This document shows positions 1 through 12,319 of a stretch of 64,000 bases of DNA, one piece after another. The first letter of the stretch is position 1. Every line of letters begins with the position of its first letter. The translations under genes and the position numbers were made by a program. This DNA is from Strigamia acuminata. Taxonomy: Eukaryota. The notes below the pieces were generated by a model. The model was not told the origin of the DNA. It was given only the letters and a program-made list of their open reading frames with translations, and ran no database searches. The stretch covers positions 9,052,001 through 9,116,000 of the forward strand of contig OX442314.1 in assembly GCA_949358305.1 (NCBI GenBank), given 5' to 3'.

Positions 1-360
1 CAGTGAAGCACGAAGCTTCGTTTCAATTGTCGCCATTTTTAAATCGGGCTAGAGCCGGGCAAAGACAGTTTGCGTTTGCAGTTGCGTGTTTAGTTTCGTT
101 TCGTTAAACGTGAGTGAGCGAGCGAGTGAACGAGCGAATGAGCCAAGTGTTTTGTGGTATCATTTGTCAATTATTCCCGCCCAATTATGCACGTATTGTA
201 TCCGTAAGCGCGCGCGCAGAAAAAATTTGTTTGTTTGGTTATTGTTGCTAACAGAAAATGAAGCTCAATTTAATAACCCATTTGTTTTTTTTTTTTTTGT
301 TTTTTTTTTTTTCTTTTTCTTTTGATTTTATCTATCGCGTTTTTTTCTTTTTCAGAGACC

Positions 361-1043
361 ATGATGACAGGAACATGGAAGGTGAAAGGGGAAGGGGAGA
401 CATCGTCCATCTCGGCGCCCGTTCTCCGTGCGACGCGGACTAGAACCACATCGCCGTCGTCGACTGCCGCTATCGCGTCGGTACCGCTCGATCCCGCTTT
501 GTCCAAGCGTCCAGGCAGGCAGAAAAGGAGTAAACTGACGCTGATCAAGAGGGTACGCGCCACGTCTTGGGTTTTATTTATTTGCTTATTCTCTTTTTTT
601 TTTTTCTCCCTTTCCCTTTCCAGTCGCGAAGAGAGACATCATTGCCGCCGCCGTCTTCACCTTCGGTGCTGCGGGAAGAGAGATTGGCAACAAGGGTCGA
701 GGCGGTGATAACAGAAAAAATGGAGAATGTGGTGAAGAATGTGGTGAAGAATGTGGCGGAGAATGTGGCGGAGAATGTGGTGGAGAAGGTTATGGCGAAG
801 CGAATGGAGAAGGTGTTGGCGGAGCAACTGGACAAAGTGGTTGCGGAGCGAATGGAGAAAGCGGCGAGATGGCGGGAAAAGAAGACGAAGACGTTGTGCG
901 TGTTGAAGTCGGTGGGGAAGAAGCTAGAGGCGGTGCAGGCGGAGGTGAAGGAAATGGAGATGGACATGGTGGACATGATGGAGGAGGAAGATGGCTGTGG
1001 TTACGAAGGACTCGATGATAACGGCGATGAAAAGGAGTGGTAG
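361..1043 (+). CDS. Two-exon orphan gene (361-552, 624-1043), ~203 aa, basic Ser/Thr-rich N-terminus, coiled-coil with (E/K)NV(V/A) repeats, acidic tail
   Basis: GT..AG phase-0 intron 553-623 with polypyrimidine tract joins ORF 322..708 frame to ORF 567..1043 frame in frame; AATAAA-like signals ~1117-1133; same architecture as gene at 5895-6488. Confidence 0.6.
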
Positions 1044-2600
1044 GGAGAAGGGGTGATGGGCCTTGAAGACGATGGTTACGATGTGACCGACAGTGACCAC
1101 AACCAAGATTCTATCAAATAAATAGATAAATAAATTGACAAGTGTACTCATAATTGTTGTATAGATTCCTTCGATCGAATAAACATTGTTTTAATATAGT
1201 TGTCACGGTTCATACTTTGGCGAAAGCATGTCTGGCGATGGCAAGGGGCGCACGAGTGGCTACTCGCATGCCGTCCCCTGGGACATGCAGACTCGCTCTC
1301 GGACCTCAGGACTCATATTGTCGCCTGGCTCGCGTAGACAGCGTAGACAGCGATGGGGCAAGAAGTCTGGGAGATAGATAAAGTTAAAATCTGAAACTGC
1401 AAATTTTTCACAAAACAATTTGTTTCAATCGGTCCCAACGACGATAATCTAATTAACAGTTGGAGCGCAAACCACGAAACCGATTCGACGATTGTGGGAT
1501 TAAACTTTCATTGTCTTCCATGGGTATTTTTTATTCCACAGGGTGTCCCACGCGCGCGTGTCTACTCCTTTCTCTTTTCTTCGTCCGGGGACCCATTTCC
1601 AATCGAACTTTTTTTTTGTCCGGCGCCCAAAAGCCCGGACAGATCCACGAAATCCGCAGCAAAATCACGAGCTTGGGGTCGGCGTATAGGTCGCACAGCA
1701 TCTCCCGAGGATTAAATATATAAACAATTAAACTAGTGTTTTTGCACAATTATTTGGAACAAACAATCGCTATAACCAAACAATACCAACGCTGTGGAAG
1801 CGTACGGGAGCGCGTATCTGAACATCCCGGCACCAATGTACCACCATGAACGCGACACCCTTAACGATACGTGCGTTTAAATGTGACCCAATGCGCGATA
1901 AGACACGTGACGCATCATTTTCACCACGTATTGTGACATTTACGAAATTTACGGTATTTACGGGATGAGTGAAGGAATCTAATCAACTCGATCTTATTTT
2001 GGAACAAGTTATTGGGGGCTGCCAATGCTGGCTGCCCGTATTCTGCGTGGCGAGAAGATAGGACCCCGTCCTTTTTGCGCGCCAATACCCTCGGAATGTT
2101 TGTGGTGGAGTGGTCCCTACTCTGAAGTAAGCGTGTCTGGTCTCGATCGACCTAGAGGCGCTTGCAAATCCACCGAACGCAATGACACAAACTCACGTCG
2201 AAAGCGATGGCGCGAGACGCCGGAAAGACAAAATTAAAATATGAAACGACGGATATTTTGCAAAACTCTTATTCTAGTCGGTCACTGCGAAGGTAATCTT
2301 AGTGACGACCGAAGTACGGGGGTAGATTTTATTCTGTTTTGTGTCTGTCTGGTACCGATCACCCACCCATCACCCACCCATCTCCGATCATCGGGCACCT
2401 ATGAGCGATAAACGCTCCCCTCCACGCTTGGCATGTCGCGCCTCGACAGTTCGCGGATCGAACCTGAATTCGAATCCGAATTTTGCGTTCTCTTTATCGT
2501 TTCAACGTTACGAGGGTTTCTTTTTATCAAAAACAATTACATTTTCAATTCTCGTCGGTAATTAACTGCGTTCCGGGCACTTTGCGGACGTTTATCCACG

Positions 2601-2900
2601 TTGACAAACATCATCGTCGACGCCCAATTCGAAAACCCGTGTCACACTCACCCGCATCGCATCACGCGCGTCATCGCGTGTAGGAACGCGCGTATCGAAA
2701 ACAACGTTGTGGGAGCTTGGATTTATTTTGGAACAATTTGTCGGGGCTGTCGGCGCGCATCGGTCGCCAACTGCCCCGTGTTCTCCGACGAACCCACTTT
2801 GGAGTGTTTTTTGACGAACCAGGGAGTGTTCGTGGCGGAGCAGAACAACCGTATCAAATCGATTCAGGAAATTGTGACCGAAACCCTCGGATCTCCATGA
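2601..2900 (+). CDS. Small Cys/His-containing orphan ORF (start uncertain)
   Basis: 99-aa frame without ATG; degraded paralogous segments near 1990-2100 and 4561-4768 keep a YFGT motif (YFGTxCxGC at 4561). Confidence 0.3.
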   Translation: MTNIIVDAQFENPCHTHPHRITRVIACRNARIENNVVGAWIYFGTICRGCRRASVANCPVFSDEPTLECFLTNQGVFVAEQNNRIKSIQEIVTETLGSP

Positions 2901-3161
2901 TGGCTCGAAGCGAACGAATTCAAAGTGTCTGCAAACTCGTCGAACGCGATTATACAAACTCACATCGTCTACGATGGTGCAACGTGTACTGCGAGTTGAA
3001 ATTAAAATGGTAAACCGATCGGGGCGTTCGCGATCTTCGACTCAGACGGCACCCAATTCGATAATCTAATTAATCGTTGGGGCACTCGTCGTGGAATTAG
3101 TTCCACTGTCGATAAATCGATTTATATATTTCAAGGATTTTTATTTAACTCCGCGCGAGCG
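2854..3161 (+). repeat. ~300-bp near-identical direct repeat, copy 1 (copy 2 at 4722-5029)
   Basis: Sequences match at offset 1868; identical peptide in ORF track (SMMARSERIQSVCKLVERDY...). Confidence 0.9.
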
Positions 3162-3294
3162 CCTGTGTGATGTAATTTCTCACAACCGCCACGCCATCTG
3201 ACGTAACCCGTGTCTCATTTGCATCCAAATCAAGTTCAGACACGATACAAGACTGTTTTCCGCGTCTCGTTGGCGTTCCTCGCAACATTGAACC

Positions 3295-3838
3295 ATGTTC
3301 CAGGTAATTCCAGAAACAGATACGAATTGTTTCGTATAATTTTTAATCTAAAACTTCTCTTATTCAGCCGAAACCGCTTGAACCCACGAACGAACATCCC
3401 TTGCTCAAGGTGAAGATAGGGAATCTCGCGCGTAATGCCCTGGTAATCGAGTGGTCGCGCTTCTGCGCCATCGACGAACGTTTATTCGAAGAAACGGGCT
3501 ACCCTCGGGACAGTATCCGCGAACTAGACGACGACGACGATAGACACCGGTACCTAAAAAACATCGTTGGTGACCATTTCCAAATAATTGGACAGATCAA
3601 GATGAACGTCGAGTGGGTGAATCGAGGCACCGAAACCAACTTCATCGTCGTGACGAAAGAAAGAACTCTCGTCTTGGGGATGCGTTTCCTTTGGGACTCG
3701 AATATGTCTTGCGCGCGGTTTGATCGATTCTTCAAAGACCGTAAACTTGGCGTCACCATCCCATTCGAGTATGGATTTGTTCCATGGACAAATTTGTACT
3801 TTGTCGAATATCCAGATAAAATGTACAAGTGTCAATAA
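3295..3838 (+). CDS. Two-exon retropepsin-fold-like protein lacking catalytic D(T/S)G (exons 3295-3303, 3368-3838)
   Basis: ATG TTC CAG|gtaatt...tattcag| splices in frame; pattern LKVKIG..ALVIEWSRFCAIDE..IIGQIKMNV..FIVV..LVLGMRFL parallels the retropepsin consensus; AATAAA overlaps stop. Confidence 0.5.
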
Positions 3839-4151
3839 ATGGCAATCCTATGTGTGAATGGGGTAAAAAATGTGGGAAAAAAATGTTATACAAATAAATA
3901 ACTGTCGTTTTCGCGTAACTTTTTCGGCGTTATTCCACCATATAATCGTCGCTTCAATGTATCGTTGTTTCATCGTTTCGTTTTATTCCGTTTTATTTGT
4001 TTATTTGTTTTTATTTTTATTTTTATTTATTTATTTATTTTATTTTATTTTTTTTTTTTTTTTATAACATTCTGCAAACTGTAAAAACTGTAAAAACTTT
4101 AAATATAGATATTTCAGTGAACAGCGAGTTTGTTTTTATTTTAGACTAGAT

Positions 4152-4227
4152 GGGATACCTGGGTCGAAACGAATTAGGTCGAAACGGGATTTCGACTTTA
4201 GTCATTTCGACCTTAGTATGGAATCCC
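4152..4227. repeat. Small imperfect palindrome (MITE-like remnant)
   Basis: GGGATAC...GAATCCC ends with internal GGTCGAAA x2 facing TTTCGAC x2. Confidence 0.4.
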
Positions 4228-4560
4228 GGGTGCTCATAGTATTCGAAAATTAAGTAAAGTAAAGTAAAGTTTAGTCATCTTCTTTGGATATTTTTTTTAC
4301 TCCGTTTGGCGTCTTGCGCGCGCGCTTGTTTGCTCCCTTCTCCCTTCTCCGCCTCGAATTTCGTCCCCGGTCGGTCGTTTTCACCCGACACCCAAAAGTC
4401 CAATCCCGACGAACGGATCCACGAATTCCGTCGTGAAATCGCGAACACGTCGTCAACGCACAGGCCACGCGCGTATCACGAGGAACAAATAAATAAACAA
4501 TTAAATGGGTGTTTTTGCACAATTATTTGAAATAAACACGCTTTATAGGTGTGTCTGTCT

Positions 4561-4768
4561 GTGGGCTTATTTTGGAACAAGTTGTTGGGGCTGCCGACAC
4601 TCGTCGGTGCCAGCTGCCCCGCATTCACCGTAGGTGAGGCGCTCGTTGCCGCAATGGTCGCCGCAATGGTCGCCGGAATGTTCGTGGTGGAGCAGAACAC
4701 CCGTGGGTGGGAAATACCGTTTCAAATCGATTCAGGAAATTTCGACCGAAACCCTCGGATCTCCATGA
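4561..4768 (+). pseudogene. Frameshifted paralog of ORF 2601-2900
   Basis: WAYFGTSCWGCRHSSV / ASCPAF / GMFVVEQN / KSIQEISTETLGSP* spread over different frames. Confidence 0.4.
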
Positions 4769-5029
4769 TGGCTCGAAGCGAACGAATTCAAAGTGTATGC
4801 AAACTCGTCGAACGCGATTATACAAACTCGCATCGTCTACGATGGTGCAACGTGTACTGCGAGTTGAAATTAAAATGGTAAACCGATCGGGGCGTTCGCG
4901 ATCTTCGACTCAGACGGCACCCAATTCGATAATCTAATTAATCGTTGGGGCACTCGTCGTGGAATTAGTTCCACTGTCGATAAATCGATTTATATATTTC
5001 AAGGACTTTTATTCAACTCCGCTCGAGCG
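4722..5029 (+). repeat. ~300-bp direct repeat, copy 2
   Basis: Matches 2854-3161. Confidence 0.9.
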
Positions 5030-5894
5030 TTTGTGCGCAGGACTTTGTACCTGGTCACGTGGCCTGTAATGTAATTTCCCAGAACCGCCACGCCACCCGA
5101 CGTAAGCCGTGCCCTTCGATGGACGCCAAAGTGTCCATTCGATGCGGATTTTTGCGTTTCCCGCGTAAAAGGTGTCCTATAAATTCCGAAACCAAGTTAA
5201 TCTTGATTTACTTGTCTACGTGGATCTCCCCATATATTTGTTTTCCAATTTCAATGTGGGAAAGTTTGTCGGTTGCAATTTTTCTCGCGCGCACGGCAAT
5301 CACGAAAAAATCTCCGACGGTAACGCACTCTGACGGTAATTGTTTTAAATTAAAAAAAAAAAAATTAGATAGATAGATAGATAGATAGATAGGATAAAAA
5401 TTAAAACAAAATAAAGAAGGGTTGAATTTCTCGGACCATCATCATTGTCGCCCAGCAGTCAGTCAGTCTCTTTCTTTCCTTTTTTCTGCACAAAGCAAAC
5501 GTAAGATCGCGGAAGCGAGACTCGAACCCAGAGTCCACGGCTCCATGCGGCAGGTAGTCCTGCCCACTCGACCACTCTGGGTCGATTATAAATTGTGCTA
5601 AAATATAGAAAAGAAGAGAAACAGATAAATAAATAAAATAAATAAAATAAAGACGTATATTTAATCACCCGATGAGATGTTTTTTTTACAATGAGAAACA
5701 AAATATACGCAATATAAACAAACAATACGAGACAATGAGATGGGGATTGTTGTTTTTATCCCATAAGAGTTGTGTCACATCTTTGACAATTGAAAAAAAA
5801 AAAAAATAAATGAATAAATAAAATTAAAAACAAAAACAAAAACTAAATCAATCAAACAAACAAACAAACGAGAGTGGGAATAAACCGTCTCCTC

Positions 5895-6488
5895 TTATAA
5901 TTCCATCGAAAGATCGGAACCACCAATTGCCTCTTCAGCGCCTTCGTCATCATCATCGTCGTCAACGACATCCTCTATCCAACCCATCGTTCCCTCCATC
6001 GCCTTCCACCATTTTTCCTCTGCTTCTTCAAATGTTTTCTCAAATTCCTCCATCGTCGCCTTCACCATTTTCTTGAGTCTTTGTTCCGTCCTGTCTATCA
6101 ACTCCTCAATTCTCTCCTCTAGTCCCTCCATCATTTTTTCGACCCTTTCCTCCGTCGCCGCCATTGTCGTCTCCTGGACCTTCGTCTGTCTTCGACCGAG
6201 CGACTGGAGAAAGAGAGAAAAGAACGAATAAAAATAAAAAAAAAAATAAAAAAAAAAAAAGGTCAAATAAAAAAGACAAAAGAGTAAATATCGGAATGGG
6301 ACACATACCCCCTTGATCTTCGTGGGATCATTAGTTTTTCGCTCGCGTGCATCATGCACGGAACTACTGGCGGCGCTCAAGTTTGGCGTGTGGCTCCACG
6401 CCTCCATGAAGTCGATGCGTTCCAAAAGGACGACGGGTGACAGGTGCGACTTTGTGGACGGCTTTTCTCCTCTCTTTCCTTTTTCCAT
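5895..6488 (-). CDS. Two-exon orphan gene (6488-6309, 6203-5895), ~162 aa coiled-coil/acidic; paralog of 361-1043
   Basis: AAG GGG|GTATGT donor at 6308, ctccag acceptor at 6204, phase 0; junction IKG|SLGRR mirrors IKR|SRRE of the first gene; E/K/M-rich helix and poly-Asp tail. Confidence 0.6.
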   Translation of the reverse strand: MEKGKRGEKPSTKSHLSPVVLLERIDFMEAWSHTPNLSAASSSVHDARERKTNDPTKIKGVCVPFRYLLFCLFYLTFFFFYFFFYFYSFFSLFLQSLGRRQTKVQETTMAATEERVEKMMEGLEERIEELIDRTEQRLKKMVKATMEEFEKTFEEAEEKWWKAMEGTMGWIEDVVDDDDDDEGAEEAIGGSDLSMEL

Positions 6489-6660
6489 ATTTTCTTCGAT
6501 GTGAAAAAAAAGATAAAAATTAAAATCGCAACAAAAAGAACCAAAACGTGGGACGTCGAATAAAACATCCGCGCACATATTGTTCGCGCAAGTCTACGCG
6601 CGTACATGTACGTGTTGGACGTGGTACATTTGATGCCTACCGCGGAACAATGCGAGAAAA

Positions 6661-6778
6661 CACGAGAAAATACGAAGTTCTCGTATTTTCTCGGTTTTAC
6701 TTCCATTTGGTTAATTCTTACCTTTGGTTTCAATACAATTTATCTTATTTCAGAAGTCTGCGAGACACATATAAAAAG

Positions 6779-6809
<31 letters not shown>

Positions 6810-7005
6810 GTTTATTTCTAATTAAATGAGAAAAATCTTATATATAGGCTTAACCCACCATGCAATAAGAAACAGACGAAAAAATCTTCTTTTTATTCGT
6901 GTCTTGTAGTTTTCTGAAATGAGATAAATTGCATTGAAACGTAACATAAGAATTAATCAAATGAAAGCAAAACCGAGAAAAAGTGAGAATCTTGTATTTT
7001 CTCGT
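6661..7005. repeat. Diverged inverted repeat (arms ~6661-6787 and ~6879-7005), old MITE/foldback
   Basis: CGAGAAAATAC...TTTTCTCGGTTTT...TTAATTCTTA...AAAAGAAGATTTTT present on opposite strands. Confidence 0.7.
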
Positions 7006-7554
7006 TGTACGACAAAGTCGGTTCGCGTTACACGAGTTTTTCAAAGTACCGTGGCCCTGGTACACGATACCGTCTCGGTTTTAAAACGGCACCGCGGTCC
7101 CGACGCTCACCTGCCGCAAAAAGCAATGCAGTCCAGGGCCGCGAACCGCGTGTAAAAACGCCAACTGACGAGTGTTTACCGGGAAAATGGTTAATTTACC
7201 TCTAATCGTTCCACTTGTTCACTTGTTCACGACACGGGGTCCACACTACTGATGGCGAGCGCGCGAGTGATTCGACGCGGCATCTGGCGACAACCATGGA
7301 ATCCCGCGCGTGATGCGACGTTGTTTGTTTATTTTTGTCTATTTTATTTATTTATTTGTTTATTTATATATTTATGTTTATTTGTTTATTCATCTATTTG
7401 TTTCACGATGCTTTCAAATTTTTATTTTTTTGTAACTCCGCTCACCAAGCAGCGTCGTTATCGAAATCCGCCATACCTGACCGCTGATTCCGCGCCGCCA
7501 CGTGCTTCGCTGCTGAGCAAGTTGAAAGTATTTATGCCGTTTATCTATTTATCA

Positions 7555-7587
<33 letters not shown>

Positions 7588-7850
7588 CCAATCAACCAAT
7601 TGACAACGACAACAATTGTTTCAACAATCCGACCATTCGTCCGCTTGTGTCTAAACGAGTGGAAGCGTGGAGAGGCGCGGAATTCGTCGCCATATTCTCG
7701 CTTGCCAGAAATGAAAAGAGAATAATTCGGTTTATCATTGTTTGATTGATCTGTGGTTTTATTCACCTTCCTTTCCTTTTCATTGATTGTGTTTTGCTGT
7801 TCAATTCTCGTTTGTATTTAATTTACGGTAATCTAATTTTTACATTTCAG

Positions 7851-8729
7851 ATGGAGAACGGAAAGAACGTCATCTGGGGTGAAGTGCGCCCGGGCACGAG
7901 GTGAGAGTGGTTGGTCGATCGATTGGTTTTATTTATTCGACACATTTTATTTTATTTCATTTTATTTTTATTTTATTTTTAAGGGGCCCATCGCGATTGT
8001 CGTTTGGGAAAAAGAACGTGAATAACCCCATCATTTGGGGTGAAATGCGCCCGGGCACGAGGTGAGAGTGGTTGGTCGATCGATTGGTTTTATTTATTCG
8101 ACACATTTTATTTTATTTCATTTTATTTTTATTTTATTTTTAAGGGGCCCATCGCGATTGTCGTTTGGGAAAAAGAACGTGAATAACCCCATCATTTGGG
8201 GTGAAATGCGCCCGGGCACAAGGTGAGAGTGATTGGTCGATCGATTGGTTTTATTTATTTGACACTTTTTATTTCATTCTATTTTATTTTTATTTTATTT
8301 TTAAGGGGTTCGTCGCGATCGCCACCTTCGACGAGGTCGCCGCAGACCATCTATGTGCGGCCCGGGGAATTTGGTAATAACATATTCTTCGGCCGAGGCG
8401 CTATGTGCCAGAGTGAGTAAAGCAATTTATGGTCGATTCGTCGGTCGCGATTTGATTAATCATTTTTTTTTTTTTCCATAGTAACTTACCATGGTTGCCA
8501 CCTATGCGTGCCAATAATTTCCAATGCAACAGGCGCCACGCGCGGGATCGCCCAACACCACCGACGCATGGGTGGTCGGATATCCCAAGATCCACCCGAA
8601 ACTATGTGTTTCAATTCTGCACAACTTGCTACCAGTTTGGTGGTTGCAACCCGTTCGTCACCAGTTACCAGTCACCAGTCACCCGCGACCGCCACCAGTT
8701 CGTCGCGCTATATCTACCTGTCCAGTTAG
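7851..8729 (+). CDS. Putative multi-exon orphan gene with tandemly duplicated 78-nt exons
   Basis: Exons 7851-7900, 7984-8061, 8145-8222, 8306-8412, 8482-8729 splice to an open frame with GTGAG donors; 161-bp intron+exon unit repeated about three times. Confidence 0.4.
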
Positions 8730-9057
8730 TTAATTAATTATTCTTTTTATCATTCTTTTTTTTTTTTTTGTTTGTTTGTTTGTTTGTTTGTTTGTTTGTT
8801 TGTTTGTTTGTTTGATATATATATATATACATATATTTTTTTTTCTTCCTCTTAGTGGGACATCGTTATCAAACGTAGCGCCATCGGCGTAATTTTTCAT
8901 TTTTTATTGTATTTTGTTCGTTTGTGGTTATAATTTAAATAAAAATTGAATTTGAGATAAGTGGCCACGATTGATTGGGTTTATTTGATCGCAAAAAAAA
9001 AAAAAATTTAATTCGAATGAATCTATCGGTGTTAAAACGACACGACCGGTTTGTTAG

Positions 9058-9441
9058 TTAGCCGATTGGTGAACAATTTGCGAAACACGCGCGACACGTG
9101 GGGGCGTATTTCTCGGCACCCCCTATCACCACGACGTCTTCTTCGCCCGACGTCCGCTTCGTGAACGCGGCTTCCCCTCGACACCGGTAGCACGTTGCCT
9201 TCAGCTTCACGATGTGCTCTGATTTCGGGAGCAAATCGCAGACTTGACCGAACGGGTTCAACTTGAAATCCCCATCGAGGGCCGCGATTACCACAGTCTT
9301 TCCTTTCTCTGCCATTTCTTGACAGAATTGTACCAAGTCCTCGAAAAACTGGCCCTCGTCAATCCCGATAATCCCGAAATTTTCGGATTGTCTTCGGGCT
9401 TCCGCGAGGTTTTCGACGGCGCGCGCCGCTCTCGATTTCCG
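9058..9441 (-). CDS. TK1: Thymidine kinase (TK1/type II), C-terminal part; 5' end lost in gap
   Basis: IIGIDEGQFF (Walker B), VVIAALDGDF..PF, KLKATCYRC, IGGAEKYAPTCRACF lasso/zinc motifs; frame open up to the gap. Confidence 0.92.
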   Translation of the reverse strand, partial: RKSRAARAVENLAEARRQSENFGIIGIDEGQFFEDLVQFCQEMAEKGKTVVIAALDGDFKLNPFGQVCDLLPKSEHIVKLKATCYRCRGEAAFTKRTSGEEDVVVIGGAEKYAPTCRACFANCSPIG

Positions 9442-9641
9442 NNNNNNNNNNNNNNNNNNNNNNNNNNNNNNNNNNNNNNNNNNNNNNNNNNNNNNNNNNN
9501 NNNNNNNNNNNNNNNNNNNNNNNNNNNNNNNNNNNNNNNNNNNNNNNNNNNNNNNNNNNNNNNNNNNNNNNNNNNNNNNNNNNNNNNNNNNNNNNNNNNN
9601 NNNNNNNNNNNNNNNNNNNNNNNNNNNNNNNNNNNNNNNNN
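9442..9641. other. Assembly gap (200 N)
   Basis: Run of N. Confidence 1.
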
Positions 9642-10008
9642 CGGGCGTTGAGTTTGGAGGTGATCGACGAGCCCGTGGTTGGAATGGATGGAATTCACGT
9701 GATTGTACAGGACGGAAATGGGGATGTGGAACGAGTGAATGTTCACAATATCGATCAGAATATTTCGGTTCATGATAAGCTGGGTTATGGGTGCAAGATT
9801 GCTATTCGTAACCCTTATTTCAAAATTACAACGGATGGGAAGCAAGCGATTCGTGTGGATGATGTTGAAAGTGTTGTTTTTGATGCCGGTCCAGATATGA
9901 GTCGTTGTCGCTACTGTGGAAAGACCGGTTCAGTATCGAAGTGTGGCAGATGTGACAGAGCCGCTTACTGCAGTAAACGATGCCAGGCGAATGATTGGAA
10001 GATTTTAA
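9642..10008 (+). pseudogene. MYND zinc-finger gene fragment, truncated at TTAA by the transposon end
   Basis: CRYC...KCGRC..AYCSKRCQANDWKIL lacks the final HxxxC ligands; sequence switches to repeat at 10009. Confidence 0.8.
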
Positions 10009-10869
10009 CCTTCGGAAGCGAGTGCACCCGCAAAATCCGCACTTTGGGAGTGACTATTCCTCGGATTCCGGCCGGACCAAACTCTTCCGGAAAATGTCCG
10101 GGGGAATGCTGAGAGTGCCGATAGACGACATTCGATTTTATGTCGTGGATTTTTGTGCGGTTTGCGCCGTGTTTATTATTCGTACGAGATTTGGTATTTT
10201 CGCAGGGTTGTTGTCGCGCGAGATTCATCGGGGTAAAGCGAGTTCATCAACGACCTCGCCGGTGAATGTTGCTAAAAATCTGTGCAAGTGTTGTCAAATA
10301 TTGCCGTGATTCGATGGAATTTTTGTCAGACATTGGGAAATTTTTTTTGACTTGTCCAACGCGCCAGTAAATCGAGCGTCCACACGCGCCCACATGCGTG
10401 AACAGTGCACTCGCCCTCCGCGCCCCGTCGGCGTAGGCGCCGGCCGTCCCCCCTTTCTCTCTCTCTCTCTCTCTTCCGCCCGGGAATCGCCCTTCCGCCC
10501 GTCACCGAATTTTGTCAATATCTGATAAATTTCCACAGAATTGCAGCGACATTGTACGGGATATTTCTGCCCGATTTGACGGACTTATGTAAAACATTGC
10601 TGAAATTCCGTGGAAATTTATAAAATATTGACAAAGGTTGGTGACCGACCCACGGCGCGTTGCGGCGCGGTCGGAGCACGCGACCCGATCCCCCCCTCCC
10701 CCCGTCCCCAAAAAACCACGCCTCGAGGAACCCCGAGGTTCGGTTTCCGACCGGGTCGCCTCTTGATCCGACTCGGGGCGCGTCACGGCGCGGTCGGAGG
10801 ACGGCCCTCGTCCCCAAAAACCACACTCCGGGTCACGTGGTCTCGCACTCGACTTTTTCAGTTTTCCCG

Positions 10870-11625
10870 TTTTCGGCCCGTTACGGCCAAGGACCGTAAC
10901 GGGTCGAAAACGGGCCGCAACGGGTCGAAAACGGCCGCAACGGGTCGAAAACGGCCCGCACGGGCCGTTAACGGGCCGCCGACGGTCCCGTCACAATCCC
11001 GTAACGGCTCGCACGGGCCGTTAACGGGCCGCCGACGGTCCCGTCACGATCCCGTAACGGCTCGCACGGGCCGTTAACGGGCCGCCGACGGTTCCGTAAC
11101 TATCCCGTAACGGCCCGCACGGGCCGTTAACGGGCCGCCGACGGTCCCGTCACGACCCCGTAACGGCCCGTACGACCTCATGCGGGCCGTTAACGGCCCG
11201 TTAACGGCGTAAAACCAAAAACAGGATTCGAGATTAATGTCTATGAATGTTGTACGCGTTTTCATGTACGTGTTGTCGGTTGTTGATTTTTTCGATTTAC
11301 ACCGTCACGGCCCGTTAACGGCCCGTTAACGGCCCGTTAACGGCCCGTCAACGGCCCGCATGGGGTCGTACGGGCCGTTAACGGGCCGCCGACGGTCCCG
11401 TCACGATCCCGTAACGGCCCGCACGGGCCGTTAACGGGCCGCCGACGGTCCCGTCACGGTCCCGTAACGGCCTTCGTTCCCGGACTTCGGCTCGCCGACG
11501 GCCCGTGCGACCTCATGCGGGCCGCTAACGGGCCGTCAACGGGCCGTTAACGGGCCGTCAACGGGCCGTTAACGGCCCGTTTTCGACCCGCTACGGCCCG
11601 TCACGGCCTGTTGGCCGTGCGACCC
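10870..11625. repeat. GTTAAC palindromic satellite block 1 (1 core)
   Basis: 10-11-bp subunits ACGG(C/G)CCGTTA in ~53-bp higher-order unit; core at 11209. Confidence 0.95.
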
Positions 11626-12319
11626 GAAAACGGGAAAACTGAAAGAGTCGAGTGCGAGACCACGTGACTCGGAGTGTGGTTTTTGGGGACGAGGGCCGTC
11701 CTCCGGCCGCGCCGCGACGCGCCGCGGGTCGGACAAGAAACGACCCGGTCGGAAACCGAACCTCAGTGTCCAATCGGGCAGAAATTGTGCGGAAGTTTAA
11801 CCAAAAATGGCCAAAAGTCGGTGCAAGTTTTGCACGCAACAAACGTCCGATGTGACAGTGCCCATGCGGATTGGACGTGCATGTGGGCGCGTGTGGGAGC
11901 TCGATTTACTGGCGCGTTGGACGAGTTTTAAAAAAATTCTCCAAAATCTGACAAAACTTGCAACGATTTTTAACGACATTTAATTGATTTCCACAGATTT
12001 TAAGAACACTGTTTTACAGAAGCCCGTCCAATCGGGCAGAAATGTCTCGCAAAATATTGCTGAAATTCCGTGGAAATTTATCAAAAATCGTTGCCAGTTT
12101 TGTCAGATTTTGGAGAATTTTTTTAGAACTCGTCCAACGCGCCAGTAAATCACGCGCCCACGTGCGTGGACGATGCGCACGTCCAACCCGCCAAGGCTCG
12201 CCCCTACGACCGTCGGCGGGAGCCCCGGCCGTCCTCTCTCTCCCTCTCGGCCGCCAATGCTCGCCCCTCCGCCCGGGACTCGCCCCGCCGCCAGTCACCG
12301 ACTTTTGGCAATTTCCTTG

